Virus record (IMG/VR): IMGVR_UViG_3300005529_000045
Span: 1 to 55,436 of that record
From: a virus
Taxonomy: Duplodnaviria; Caudoviricetes
Length of the DNA: 55,436 bases
Strand: one strand, 5' to 3'
Numbering within the stretch: the first letter of the stretch is position 1; the number at the start of each line of letters is the position of its first letter. This document shows, piece by piece, positions 1 through 8,333 of this stretch. The notes under the pieces are model-generated. The model did no database searches. It was given only the letters and a program-made list of their open reading frames with translations, and was not told the DNA's origin. The position numbers and the translations under genes are program-made.

Positions 1-120
1 GCGCCCGGGCGCAGCAGCTTTTCCGCCAAGGTGTTGACGGCGCCCTGGTCGATCGCCGACAGCGGCACGTCGCCCAAGATGCGCAGGATGCGATGCAGGC
101 GGTCCTTGTCGCCCTGGGCG
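1..120. repeat. Terminal direct repeat (circular assembly overlap), left copy
   Basis: 1-120 is identical to 55317-55436 and lies inside the integrase reading frame. Confidence 0.95.
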
Positions 121-362
121 CGCGGCGCCGCCCTCAGGTAGGAATTGACCGCCGCCGCGAAGGGTCGAGCGCCACGACGTTCCCCGTGCCAGGCGTCGCG
201 CAGGAGCTGCGCCGCGAGCGTCGCGGCTTCTTCGGCGGCGAGGGCCGGGCTGTCGCTTTGAGCGCGCTTGCGTATTCGCTGTCGCGTGCCGTCGGGAAAT
301 TCGAGCGTGCCGGTGATCGTGAGGGCGCCGGTGTCCTTGCGGCGGGTGACCCGGAGGGGCAT
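1..362 (-). CDS. int: Tyrosine integrase, 5' part (continues across the junction)
   Basis: Manual translation from ATG at 362: MPLRVTRRKDTGALTITGTLEF...RLHRILRILGDVPLSAIDQ, open and in frame with ORF 54533-55393. Confidence 0.88.
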   Translation of the reverse strand, partial: MPLRVTRRKDTGALTITGTLEFPDGTRQRIRKRAQSDSPALAAEEAATLAAQLLRDAWHGERRGARPFAAAVNSYLRAAPRAQGDKDRLHRILRILGDVPLSAIDQGAVNTLAEKLLRPG

Positions 363-553
363 GCGGCGGCTCCGTGGGGGCGCATCGCATCGAGCAGTGC
401 GCGGTAGGCGAGGGCGTCGAAGCGGATGATCCGGCTGCGCGGGGTGGCGCGCAACACCGGGATATGGCGGCGGTTGACAAACTCCCGGAGCCAGCGCTCG
501 GCAACCCCGAGCTCGGCCGCGACATCGGCGAGGGCGCGGGCGGCGTCAGGCAT
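134..553 (-). CDS. Putative excisionase (HTH) overlapping the integrase start
   Basis: LADVAAELGVAERWLREFV...RIIRF winged-HTH-like segment directly upstream of int. Confidence 0.6.
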   Translation of the reverse strand: MPDAARALADVAAELGVAERWLREFVNRRHIPVLRATPRSRIIRFDALAYRALLDAMRPHGAAACPSGSPAARTPAPSRSPARSNFPTARDSEYASALKATARPSPPKKPRRSRRSSCATPGTGNVVALDPSRRRSIPT

Positions 554-1451
554 CGCGGTTGAAGTGACGGGACGCGACGAACGAGCCGCCCATCCGGCGG
601 CGGCACCAACGCGGCAGCCCCCACGCTCCCTGTCGTCGGCAGACCGGTGCAAATTGCACCATAAGCTTCAAGTGAAGCGGCGCGACGTGCTTTTCAGCGT
701 GCCAGATATCGTGCCACGCATATTCCGTCGAGGCAGGGGAGCCATTCGGCACCGGCCCAAGCATCACTTGGTCGTCGAGATTGCGTCTGCGGCCGAGCGC
801 CCGATCGGCCATGCCGCCCCGGCTGTTCGCCCCGTCGCGGCTCTGCGGCGTCACCCAACCCGCCACATATTGCACCGCCTGCTCGTTCAACGGCCGGGCG
901 TTCCGCTCCATCGTCTCCTGGCTGGCCTGCCCGTTCTTCCAGTCGCGCGCCGATGGTGTCGCCCAACCCGCCATGTGGTTGAGCGTCGCGTTCTTCGGGG
1001 CAATGGATAGCTCGCCTCGGCGATCCGCGTCCGTTTTCGTCGGCGTCGCCCAGCCAGCTACAGTCTGTAAATTCGGGGAAAACTTTGGGTTCTCCGATGC
1101 GCCGGTATGGTTGCCCGCGCGAGGCGACGGCCAGCCCGAGAGATACGCGGCGTCCTCCAAGCGGCTCTTGTGATTCATCATGCGAATTGGATTTCCCGAT
1201 GAATGACCGCTCTCCGCCGACCGTGGCGTCGGCCACCCAGAACAGCCGTTGCCGGATATGCGGCGCGCCGACGCTCGCAGCGCACAGATCGGCGGCCCCG
1301 AGGGCATATCCTGCTGCCTCCAGGTCAGCGCGTACTCCGGCGAGCCACTCGCGGCCAAGCGCGCCCGCAACCTGCTCTCCAAAGACCGTTGCAGGGCGGC
1401 GCTCGGCGATGAGGCGGTAAAAAGCGGGCCAGAGGTGTCGGTCGTCGGCAT
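546..1451 (-). CDS. Overlapping-frame methyltransferase second subunit with five GWx(T/S)P modules
   Basis: Long same-strand alternate-frame ORF with GWPTP, GWPSP, GWATP, GWATP, GWVTP repeats. Confidence 0.6.
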   Translation of the reverse strand: MPTTDTSGPLFTASSPSAALQRSLESRLRARLAASGSPEYALTWRQQDMPSGPPICALRASARRISGNGCSGWPTPRSAESGHSSGNPIRMMNHKSRLEDAAYLSGWPSPRAGNHTGASENPKFSPNLQTVAGWATPTKTDADRRGELSIAPKNATLNHMAGWATPSARDWKNGQASQETMERNARPLNEQAVQYVAGWVTPQSRDGANSRGGMADRALGRRRNLDDQVMLGPVPNGSPASTEYAWHDIWHAEKHVAPLHLKLMVQFAPVCRRQGAWGLPRWCRRRMGGSFVASRHFNRDA

Positions 1452-1722
1452 GGCCTTTTCGCTGTCCCGCGCTCGAAAGCGGCTGACAGGGACAGGAGCC
1501 GGTCCACACGGGTTCGTCATCCGGCCAGCCGGCGAGCCGGAGCGCGTAGGGCCAACCGCCGATCCCGGCGAAGAAATGGCATTGCCGGTATCCGGCGAGG
1601 TCGCCGGTGGCAACATCGGCGATGTCCCGCTCGTCAACGTCGCCGGCCGGCAGATGCCCGGCAGCGATAAGGTTTCGCAGCCACTCTGCGGCATAGGGGT
1701 CGATCTCGCTGTAGTAGACCAA
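694..1722 (-). CDS. DNA cytosine-C5 methyltransferase, main frame, C-terminally truncated
   Basis: FFAGIGG (motif I), GSCPCQ (IV), EQV (VI), PHIRQRLF (VIII); TTG start just after the HU stop; no GNAIV-type motif X. Confidence 0.85.
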   Translation of the reverse strand: MVYYSEIDPYAAEWLRNLIAAGHLPAGDVDERDIADVATGDLAGYRQCHFFAGIGGWPYALRLAGWPDDEPVWTGSCPCQPLSSAGQRKGHADDRHLWPAFYRLIAERRPATVFGEQVAGALGREWLAGVRADLEAAGYALGAADLCAASVGAPHIRQRLFWVADATVGGERSFIGKSNSHDESQEPLGGRRVSLGLAVASRGQPYRRIGEPKVFPEFTDCSWLGDADENGRGSPRRAIHCPEERDAQPHGGLGDTIGARLEERAGQPGDDGAERPAVERAGGAICGGLGDAAEPRRGEQPGRHGRSGARPQTQSRRPSDAWAGAEWLPCLDGICVARYLAR

Positions 1723-1724
1723 GG

Positions 1725-2036
1725 CTACTCGGCCGCCTGTCGTGCCGCGGGCGGCCGGAGGGCGGCGAAGCGGCGCTTCATCGCGCTGCCGCCCTTGATC
1801 GTCAGCCGCCACAGCGGCGCGATCGTGATCGGCGCGCCGGTGCGCGGGTTGCGGCCGGGGCCGCCGGCGCGCCCGGCCCGGCGCAGCGTGCCGAGCTCGG
1901 GAAGCTTGACCTCGCCGCCGCCGTGCGCGACCTCGTCGGCGATCGCGGTGAACAATCCGTCGAGCGCCCGCTGACACAGCTCGCGCGAGCGGTCGGTCTC
2001 GCGCACCAGGATGTCGACCATTTCGGACTTCTTCAT
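1725..2036 (-). CDS. HU/IHF-family DNA-binding protein
   Basis: MKKSEMVDIL...GRNPRTGAPITI motif. Confidence 0.9.
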   Translation of the reverse strand: MKKSEMVDILVRETDRSRELCQRALDGLFTAIADEVAHGGGEVKLPELGTLRRAGRAGGPGRNPRTGAPITIAPLWRLTIKGGSAMKRRFAALRPPAARQAAE

Positions 2037-2065
2037 GTGCTGCTTCCTTTTGCCTTGAGGGGAAA

Positions 2066-2314
2066 TCAGCCCCGGCCCGGGGTGGGTGGGGTTGCGCCGG
2101 GCCGGGGCGCTGCGGTGCCGGATGCACCGAAGCGGGGTTGGGCGCGCATGCGCCGAATAAAGTGGGCGACGTGTCGCCGGGGGTCCTCCAACTGCAGCCG
2201 CCAGCAGAGGATTCCCCCGGGGCGGCCGTGGTAGACCATGAAGTCAACGTGGCCTAGCAACCGATGCGGTTGCATCGAGACGTAGAGGATTGGCCGGGGG
2301 CACCTTGTGTTCAT
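2066..2314 (-). CDS. Hypothetical protein
   Basis: ATGA overlap with the upstream gene, MNTRCPRP... Confidence 0.5.
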   Translation of the reverse strand: MNTRCPRPILYVSMQPHRLLGHVDFMVYHGRPGGILCWRLQLEDPRRHVAHFIRRMRAQPRFGASGTAAPRPGATPPTPGRG

Positions 2315-2844
2315 CGGTGTTCGGCGCCGGTGTCCGGGTGACTGGGCACCGGGGCTGTGGCCGGGCGGTTCGCCACCCCGAGGATCGGGATCACCGTTGT
2401 GCGGCTGCCGGAGAGGCGCCATGGCGCCGGCGGAATAGGCTTGGGCGCCGCGGGTGACGGACCGTCACCGTTGGGCGGCCATAAGCCCTGCTCCATCATC
2501 GCCAGGCGCATCTTGGCGTCGGGGGATTTGGCGACGAGCTGCGCCGCGAGCGCGTCGAGGTCGATATGGTAGCGGTCCTCGAAGGTGCCCTGGCCGGCCT
2601 CGTGCTGCTCCCGGTGGTGGTTGCGGCACAACGGGACGCCCCGCCAGTCCGGGGGCTTCAGTCCGGTGCCGCTGTCCGCCGCCGAGCGGATGTGGGCAAA
2701 GTCAACGAAGGGCGCATTGCAGACGCAGCAGCACAGCGATTTGACGAACCGGCGGTGCCGCAGCCACACCCGCTGCGGCCCCCGCTCGATCCCCGATCGG
2801 GGGCGCTGCCGCTTTGGCGGCAGGGGAACGGTGCGGCGGATCAT
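2311..2844 (-). CDS. DUF968-like putative HNH nuclease
   Basis: CCVC...AHIR...KPPD...VPLCRNHHREQH. Confidence 0.8.
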   Translation of the reverse strand: MIRRTVPLPPKRQRPRSGIERGPQRVWLRHRRFVKSLCCCVCNAPFVDFAHIRSAADSGTGLKPPDWRGVPLCRNHHREQHEAGQGTFEDRYHIDLDALAAQLVAKSPDAKMRLAMMEQGLWPPNGDGPSPAAPKPIPPAPWRLSGSRTTVIPILGVANRPATAPVPSHPDTGAEHR

Positions 2845-3107
2845 GCTGCCCGTCCTTCGCACACACGGCCTGATGGCACCCCTCCCGAAACCCGTAAAAT
2901 CTGTGATAATTTCGCTTGGTGCCGCGGAAGCGGGCTGCTTACATCGGCATTGCGCAGGCGCCGATCGAACACCCCGGGGGAAACCCGTCGACGGATGCCG
3001 GCGAAAGCGGGCGCAAGCCCGAGCCGGGATGGCGCCCCGGCTGGAGACGCGAGCAACGTCGAGAGCCCTGCCCCATGGCGGGGCTCTTTCCGTTCCAACG
3101 CCATCAT
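2841..3107 (-). CDS. Hypothetical protein
   Basis: ATGA overlaps on both sides within the leftward operon. Confidence 0.4.
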   Translation of the reverse strand: MMALERKEPRHGAGLSTLLASPAGAPSRLGLAPAFAGIRRRVSPGVFDRRLRNADVSSPLPRHQAKLSQILRVSGGVPSGRVCEGRAA

Positions 3108-3325
3108 GACGGTACCCTGCACGTGCAGAAGTCGCCGTCGTATGACCGGCAGTCGGCTTCATGCCGTGAGGGAGAGCCGCGCTGCCCGGTGATATGCCGG
3201 AACACCGGGCACACCTTGGCGGCGACCTCGGCCGGCCATTGCTCAGGCTCGGCTTTGGGGGTCGTCTCGGCGACGAAGGGGGCGAGGTCGAAATCCTTGC
3301 TCGGCAGCGATACAATCGCCGGGAT

Positions 3326-3649
3326 ATGCCGCTGACGGAATCCCTCTACCTGCTGGCGATCGCCGCGCTCGGCGGGGTCGGATGGCTGTGGACCAGATTG
3401 GAGCGTGCGGAGTTTCAGGCCGTTTCGGGCGTCGTCTCCGTGCTCACAACGATCTCGGCCTTGGTCGTGCTTGGCCACGATATCGGCGTGGCGCACGCGC
3501 GCGCCGTGGTTCCCTGGGACCCCCAGGTCAATGCGGCGCTCGATGCGGTGACATGGGGGACCGTCCAGCTCTGGCTGCTGTGGATCGCGGCCCAAACGTA
3601 TCTTGGTGTTCTGTATCTGCTGTCTCATTACGGCCTACCTCGGCGATAA
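3326..3649 (+). CDS. Small membrane protein (about 3 TM), opposite to the operon
   Basis: Three hydrophobic segments, MPLTESLYLLAIAALGG... Confidence 0.55.
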   Translation: MPLTESLYLLAIAALGGVGWLWTRLERAEFQAVSGVVSVLTTISALVVLGHDIGVAHARAVVPWDPQVNAALDAVTWGTVQLWLLWIAAQTYLGVLYLLSHYGLPRR

Positions 3650-3871
3650 CCAGAAGGCGATGAGCGCCGCGGCGAAGATGCCCAGTTGCAGGAGGGCGCC
3701 GTAATCGGGCGGCCAAAGCTGCAAGCGAAGTTTGGGCGTCAGGCGCCAGGCTACGCTGGGGCGGCGGGTTACTGGCCGCGGCGCCGTGCGGACGCTGGCA
3801 CCGACCGCGATGCCGAGCGACAGCCCCGCCGCCAATCCTACGAGCACGTCGCCGAGCGTGTAGCCAGTCAT
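3635..3871 (-). CDS. Small membrane protein
   Basis: Two hydrophobic segments; ATGA coupling. Confidence 0.55.
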   Translation of the reverse strand: MTGYTLGDVLVGLAAGLSLGIAVGASVRTAPRPVTRRPSVAWRLTPKLRLQLWPPDYGALLQLGIFAAALIAFWLSPR

Positions 3872-4080
3872 GCCGCGGCCCATATCTCGACGGCGGCGCG
3901 ATAGGCCGCACCGGGATAGGCCGCTTCCGCGCAGCCGATGTGCATCGCCTCGGTGCCATAAGGGACCCGCCACATCAGCACCCGCTCGCCGTCCGCCACG
4001 GGGCGGCCGCAGGCGACGCAGCGGTGACGGGGCTTTCGGCCGCCCTGCCGGTAGCGGCCTTCCCAAGAGCGGGCGGTCAC
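3868..4080 (-). CDS. Small Zn-finger-like protein
   Basis: CVAC...HIGC motif; coupled overlaps. Confidence 0.6.
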   Translation of the reverse strand: MTARSWEGRYRQGGRKPRHRCVACGRPVADGERVLMWRVPYGTEAMHIGCAEAAYPGAAYRAAVEIWAAA

Positions 4081-4379
4081 GCTGCGCTACTCCGTAGCGC
4101 GCGCCCGAAGTGACGGGCCTTTTCGCGCGGACGCGGGTAGGTGAAATCAGCGATGATCGTTCCCGCGTCGTCGCTGTGGGCGTAGTGTTTTACCCACACC
4201 CGTTCGATGCGGCGGTCGCCGAACTCGTCATTGTTGGTGATGCTGGCTTCGATATCGAACTTGCGCCGGGCGGCGCTTTCCAGCGCGTAATCCTTCGCGT
4301 AGCCCGATCCATCGGCCCGATCGACGAATACCGTAAACGGCTTGTTCAACTCGACCGGCTCGCGCTTTCTCGTTGCCAT
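4077..4379 (-). CDS. Hypothetical protein
   Basis: MATRKREPVELNKP..., GAGG RBS upstream. Confidence 0.65.
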   Translation of the reverse strand: MATRKREPVELNKPFTVFVDRADGSGYAKDYALESAARRKFDIEASITNNDEFGDRRIERVWVKHYAHSDDAGTIIADFTYPRPREKARHFGRALRSSAA

Positions 4380-4472
4380 CAGTCGATTCGCCTCTTTTTG
4401 GTGGGGGGAGAAAGAGGGAAGGGACCGCGATACAATCGCGGCTTGAGAAACGGTTAAGGACGGGAGAGGGGG

Positions 4473-4772
4473 ATGCGCTTGGTCGCGCTGCTTGTCTGTG
4501 CGCTTGCCCTCGCAGGGTGCGCTTTGCCGGGTCAGACTGGCGCCGGCCCCGACTGTCGGGTCTGCCGGTTCACTGAGCTGCGACCCGGTATTTCGACGGT
4601 CACTGACGCAATAGCGCTGCTCGGCACGCCGAACGGCGTTGCGCAGTCCAGGGATGGAGGAAGCATCATGACGTGGGTCGAAGCCCCGGCGCCGGAGCAC
4701 ATGCTGACCGTGCTGCTGATCTTCGATGCCGGCGGCCGTTTTCAGCGAGTCGGTAGCCTCGTTCGAGTATGA
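4473..4772 (+). CDS. Lipoprotein, SmpA/OmlA(BamE)-like, possible superinfection exclusion
   Basis: Lipobox LAGC; LRPGIST...AIALLGTP...LIFDAGG pattern. Confidence 0.7.
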   Translation: MRLVALLVCALALAGCALPGQTGAGPDCRVCRFTELRPGISTVTDAIALLGTPNGVAQSRDGGSIMTWVEAPAPEHMLTVLLIFDAGGRFQRVGSLVRV

Positions 4773-4823
4773 GGCCGGGCCGGCGGTAATCTGCAACGGT
4801 GCCTCCCGTGGGGTACGGGCGGC

Positions 4824-4877
4824 ATCATACGTCTTATGCGTATATTGTCAACGTAAAAAACGTATGTATCGTGCGTA
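4824..4877 (-). promoter_or_regulatory. PL promoter with OL operators
   Basis: Minus strand TTGACA-16nt-TATGAT (4851-4824); TACG-N7-CGTA-type sites at 4828, 4850, 4863. Confidence 0.75.
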
Positions 4878-4882
4878 CAGAA

Positions 4883-5611
4883 TTAGACCCGCACGCGGGT
4901 CATCGAGACGATCAGGTGGACGGAGTTCACCTCGTTGGAGGGATACTCGAGCTCCTCCGGCGGATTGTGCTGGCGACAGATGACCGCGCGCGCGGTCCGT
5001 CGCACTAGCTCTTTAACGAAGCCCTGACCATTTTGCAGTTGAATGACCACGTCGTCGCCCGGAGCGACGGGGCGCACTGGATCGACATAGACCAGCTCAC
5101 CCGGTTTGAACCGCGGCACCATCGAGGTTCCGTGCACATAGACGGCGTAGGCGTCTTTTACGGTCAACAGTTCGATAGGGCGATACGTAAGGGAGAGCAC
5201 TTCAGCACCGTTCCCAAAAAAATATTCGTCGCCGCCGCCGCGGGCCTCCCCCAGCAAAGGCAGGTCGCGCATTCCAAAGGGTGCCACTCCGGTTGCCGCC
5301 ATTTCAACGGTGGCGTTTAAACCGGGTCGCGCCGGGTTTTGTCTGCGTTCTGCTACTCTCGCGCTCGCAGGCGTTAACACTGGGTTAACTCCCGTCAACG
5401 AAAACACCTCCTCTCGGGCGATTGGCGGCTCTCCCTTGCCGACCAAGACGCGTTCGAGCCGCTCCGCCAGCCCGTAATCGATCCACTCGCGATCTTTTGC
5501 GACATAGGGCTGGAGGCTTGATGCTCCGGCATAGCCGATTGCTTTTGCCGCTTTCGCCATGGACAACCTCGCGCGGCTCAGCATCTCGCGCAGCCGATCG
5601 CCCGCGCTCAT
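4883..5611 (-). CDS. cI: CI-like repressor (HTH + S24 peptidase)
   Basis: N-terminal HTH; VHGTSMVPRFKPGE (Ser) and FVKEL (Lys) motifs. Confidence 0.92.
   Translation of the reverse strand: MSAGDRLREMLSRARLSMAKAAKAIGYAGASSLQPYVAKDREWIDYGLAERLERVLVGKGEPPIAREEVFSLTGVNPVLTPASARVAERRQNPARPGLNATVEMAATGVAPFGMRDLPLLGEARGGGDEYFFGNGAEVLSLTYRPIELLTVKDAYAVYVHGTSMVPRFKPGELVYVDPVRPVAPGDDVVIQLQNGQGFVKELVRRTARAVICRQHNPPEELEYPSNEVNSVHLIVSMTRVRV
5374..5389. promoter_or_regulatory. CtrA-box match inside cI
   Basis: TTAA-CACTGGG-TTAAC is an exact TTAA-N7-TTAAC match. Confidence 0.45.
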
Positions 5612-5662
5612 CGCCGGGTCCGGTCTCGGTCTCCCATCGACGAAATTAGGGGGCAGGTTCTT

Positions 5663-5712
5663 TACGTTTTCCACGTTGACAACGTACGTAATTAGCGTAT
5701 ATAGCCGACGTA
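5663..5712 (+). promoter_or_regulatory. PR promoter with OR operators
   Basis: TTGACA(5676)-16nt-TATATA(5698); TACG-N7-CGTA-type sites at 5663, 5685, 5698. Confidence 0.75.
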
Positions 5713-5948
5713 TGACGCAGGCCGAATATCTGATCGGCCGCTTCGGCGGCATCTCGGCAATGGCGCGGTCGCTTGGATTAAGCCCGACTGTGGTGCAGGG
5801 CTGGAAGATGCGCGGCCATGTGCCGGGTAAACGGTTGCCGACCATCTTGCAGGCGGGAGAGGGCCTCTCGCCGCCGCTTGAGGACAGCGAATTTTTCCGC
5901 GCACGCGGCGGCGAGCCGCACGACAGCTCAACCGCTGCCGCGGCGTAA
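5712..5948 (+). CDS. Cro-like HTH regulator
   Basis: LIGRFGGISAMARSLGLSPTVVQGWKMRGHVP; divergent from cI. Confidence 0.85.
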   Translation: MTQAEYLIGRFGGISAMARSLGLSPTVVQGWKMRGHVPGKRLPTILQAGEGLSPPLEDSEFFRARGGEPHDSSTAAAA

Positions 5949-6039
5949 AGGCGCTGATGCGCATGTCGTGCTCCTTCCGGCCATACGTGTTTAGCATAAA
6001 CGCGGCGCAATGCGTGATCGCGTTCGCCGAGGCCGCGTG

Positions 6040-6264
6040 ATGGCCGAACCCCTCAGCCATAACCACGAGCGCAGGCTCGCCGCGCTGGAGCAATCTCCGC
6101 CCCTCACCGCCGAGCAGCGCCTCGAATGCCTGCGCCTCGCCATCGGCGTGTATGGCGCCCCGGACGCCCGCAGTAATGGCCCGTGGGGACCGGAGGGCAT
6201 CGTCAACGCCGCGCGCCAGTTTGAGGCGTACGTGCGCGGCGAGCCGGGCGACGGGGCCGCATGA
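6040..6264 (+). CDS. Hypothetical protein, paralog 1
   Basis: PPLTAEQRLECLRLA...EGIVNAARQFEAYVRG. Confidence 0.7.
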   Translation: MAEPLSHNHERRLAALEQSPPLTAEQRLECLRLAIGVYGAPDARSNGPWGPEGIVNAARQFEAYVRGEPGDGAA

Positions 6265-6437
6265 TGGCGACGCCGCCCCTCACCGCCGAACAACGCCTCG
6301 AATGCCTGCGGCTGGCGGTCGCTGCCTTTGCGCAGCGACAAGCACCCGGCACGGGAACGTCAGCCGAAGGGATCATCGCCGCGGCGCAGCAGTTCGAGAG
6401 TTACGTGCGCGGCAGACCCGAGGCACCCGGATGTTAG
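6261..6437 (+). CDS. Hypothetical protein, paralog 2 (58 aa, absent from the ORF track)
   Basis: Manual translation MMATPPLTAEQRLECLRLAVAAF...EGIIAAAQQFESYVRGRPEAPGC. Confidence 0.7.
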   Translation: MMATPPLTAEQRLECLRLAVAAFAQRQAPGTGTSAEGIIAAAQQFESYVRGRPEAPGC

Positions 6438-6625
6438 CGCACCGGACGCAGTCCTTTCGCCGCCTGCAGGCACGCTGCGTAGGCATCGAGGATTTCAGCC
6501 CTGGTCTTTTTCCATGGGTTGCCGAGGCTGGTGGCGTTGCCGTAGCCGGTCCAATCCTCGGCGCCGGCGATTTGCACCAAGAGCGCGTATGCGACCGCTT
6601 CGGGCGTTTGCGCGGTATCTGCCAT
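6434..6625 (-). CDS. Small hypothetical protein on the opposite strand
   Basis: TPEAVAYALL...EILDAYAACL; AGGAG RBS. Confidence 0.65.
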   Translation of the reverse strand: MADTAQTPEAVAYALLVQIAGAEDWTGYGNATSLGNPWKKTRAEILDAYAACLQAAKGLRPVR

Positions 6626-7205
6626 TTCCATTCTCCTCTCGTCATCGAACAGCCGCCAGCGGGTGTCCGGGTTGCGACGCCGGCCTCAGGCGAAGTCAAA
6701 GACGAGCTGACGGGGATGCGAGCGCCAGTGCTCCCGCACCCGCTCTCGCCGTCCCAGCCGCGTGCGGTCGTAAGCCCGCACGTGCACGTCTTTGACCCGC
6801 TCGATGGAGTTGCTGTCCATCGAGTGGTCCTCTTTTCGCTCCGCGACGGGTGTAAGCCCGTCCCTCCGCAGCGCGTGTTGTCTCGCTGCGCGCAGCGCGT
6901 GAGGCTCGGCGCCGAGCCGAGGGGATCGAAAGACCTGCTGGCGGCTGCTGCATGCAGCTTACGGGCGGCGCCGCAAAACCAAGTTGCACAACGTCTTAGC
7001 GAGCACCGTCCCCGCGGTGATTCGCCAGCAGCCGAGCTGGGCCGCCATCCCGTCCCTGGGGTGGCGTGCCGGGTCAACGGTTCGGTTGATTTCGCCATTT
7101 TGCTGAATTTCCCGAAAATTGCTGCCCCTACAGTGGTTTGCGGGAATGTCCGGTCGCGCGGAAATCCGCGCGCGCGGACAACTAACCTTTTGCCCCCGTT
7201 GGAGA

Positions 7206-7556
7206 ATGCCGCGTTTCACGGCTGAGGCCGTGATCGCCGATATCTCCGACGAGGTGCGGCAGGCTGTCGCAGCCTCCCCCGGCGACAGCGTCACCGCAAA
7301 GCTGCGGGTGACCGCCCGTGCTTTGCGCCTGCGGATCAGTCGTGTGCGCGACTGGTATTACGGGGAGGTACGGCGTGTCGAAGCCCAGGAAGCCGATCAA
7401 ATCCGCTACTACGCGGCCGAGCTCAAGGCCAAGTTGCGGGGTCTGGAAGCTCGGCGCGAAAGCCTGCGCGCCCGCACTCGCGCGGCTGGCATCGCTCCTC
7501 GGCGGACTGTCCATCGCCCTGATGGACCTCGCCGAACGGCTCGAGCCCGAACCTGA
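7206..7556 (+). CDS. Putative HTH regulator in the CII position
   Basis: GGAG RBS; TARALRLRISRVRDWYYGE HTH-like segment. Confidence 0.6.
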   Translation: MPRFTAEAVIADISDEVRQAVAASPGDSVTAKLRVTARALRLRISRVRDWYYGEVRRVEAQEADQIRYYAAELKAKLRGLEARRESLRARTRAAGIAPRRTVHRPDGPRRTARART

Positions 7557-7619
7557 TCTTACCCTCTCGCAGGACGATACCGCCGTCCTGATGCGGCTCG
7601 GTTTCGAGCCGGTCGGGTC

Positions 7620-8069
7620 ATGACCGGGCGCCTCGCGAATTTGTCGGAGATCGAGCGGGCGCGGCGGCTCGACGCCGCGGTCCAGGCGCGCCATGCGGGC
7701 GCCCTTCACCAGGGAGAACAGCTTCGCCGCGGGGATGACCCGCCGGCAGAGACGCCGAGTGCGGGGGATACGGGCCTCGGCTCTCAGGGGACCGGCGCGG
7801 CGCCCCGCGGCGATCCGCCCGGCGATCCGCTCCCGCCCGATAGCGCGGAAGAGCGGCCGGAACCCGATTACCCCGTCGTCACGATCGCGATCGGCGGCCC
7901 CGCGGCGTCGGGGAAATCGGTGCTGGCGCACGTGATCCGCAGCGCCTTGGCGCGCGAGGGCGTCGCCTTCGAGGGGCCACCCGGATTGCCGACGCGCAAC
8001 TGGCACCGGGCGCTGCTGACCCTCGGCCGCCGCGGCCTCTCGGTCGTCATCACCGAAAGGGATTGCTGA
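7620..8069 (+). CDS. Hypothetical protein with a P-loop-like motif
   Basis: IAIGGPAASGKS. Confidence 0.5.
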   Translation: MTGRLANLSEIERARRLDAAVQARHAGALHQGEQLRRGDDPPAETPSAGDTGLGSQGTGAAPRGDPPGDPLPPDSAEERPEPDYPVVTIAIGGPAASGKSVLAHVIRSALAREGVAFEGPPGLPTRNWHRALLTLGRRGLSVVITERDC

Positions 8070-8323
8070 TGCCGTTCGACGCCGCGATCTGGGAGCCGGC
8101 CCCCTCGCCGCAGCAGGTGCGGCGGCGCCGGCGCGCAACAGCGCTGCGGCTGGGCCTCCTGACCGCTTCCGTCGCCGCGGCGGTGTGGGCGGCGCTCGAC
8201 GCCGCGACCGGCGCGGGGCTCACGGCCGGCGAAATCGAGGCGATCGTCACGTTCGCCTACGGCGTCGGCTGCGGCGCCTGGCTGGCGCTGTTGCTCGATG
8301 CCCGGAGCGGCGGGCGGCCATGA
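8069..8323 (+). CDS. Small membrane protein
   Basis: Two hydrophobic segments. Confidence 0.5.
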   Translation: MPFDAAIWEPAPSPQQVRRRRRATALRLGLLTASVAAAVWAALDAATGAGLTAGEIEAIVTFAYGVGCGAWLALLLDARSGGRP

Positions 8324-8333
8324 GCGGGCGGCC

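Noticed and set aside
1-120. Biological terminal repeat or attL/attR
   Set aside because: It is an exact 120-bp overlap in the middle of the integrase gene, typical of circular assembly; the real att core is at 54478-54527
6632-7200. Coding gene or ncRNA between the paralog pair and the CII-like gene
   Set aside because: Several frames are open but none has recognisable motifs or a convincing start; left uncalled
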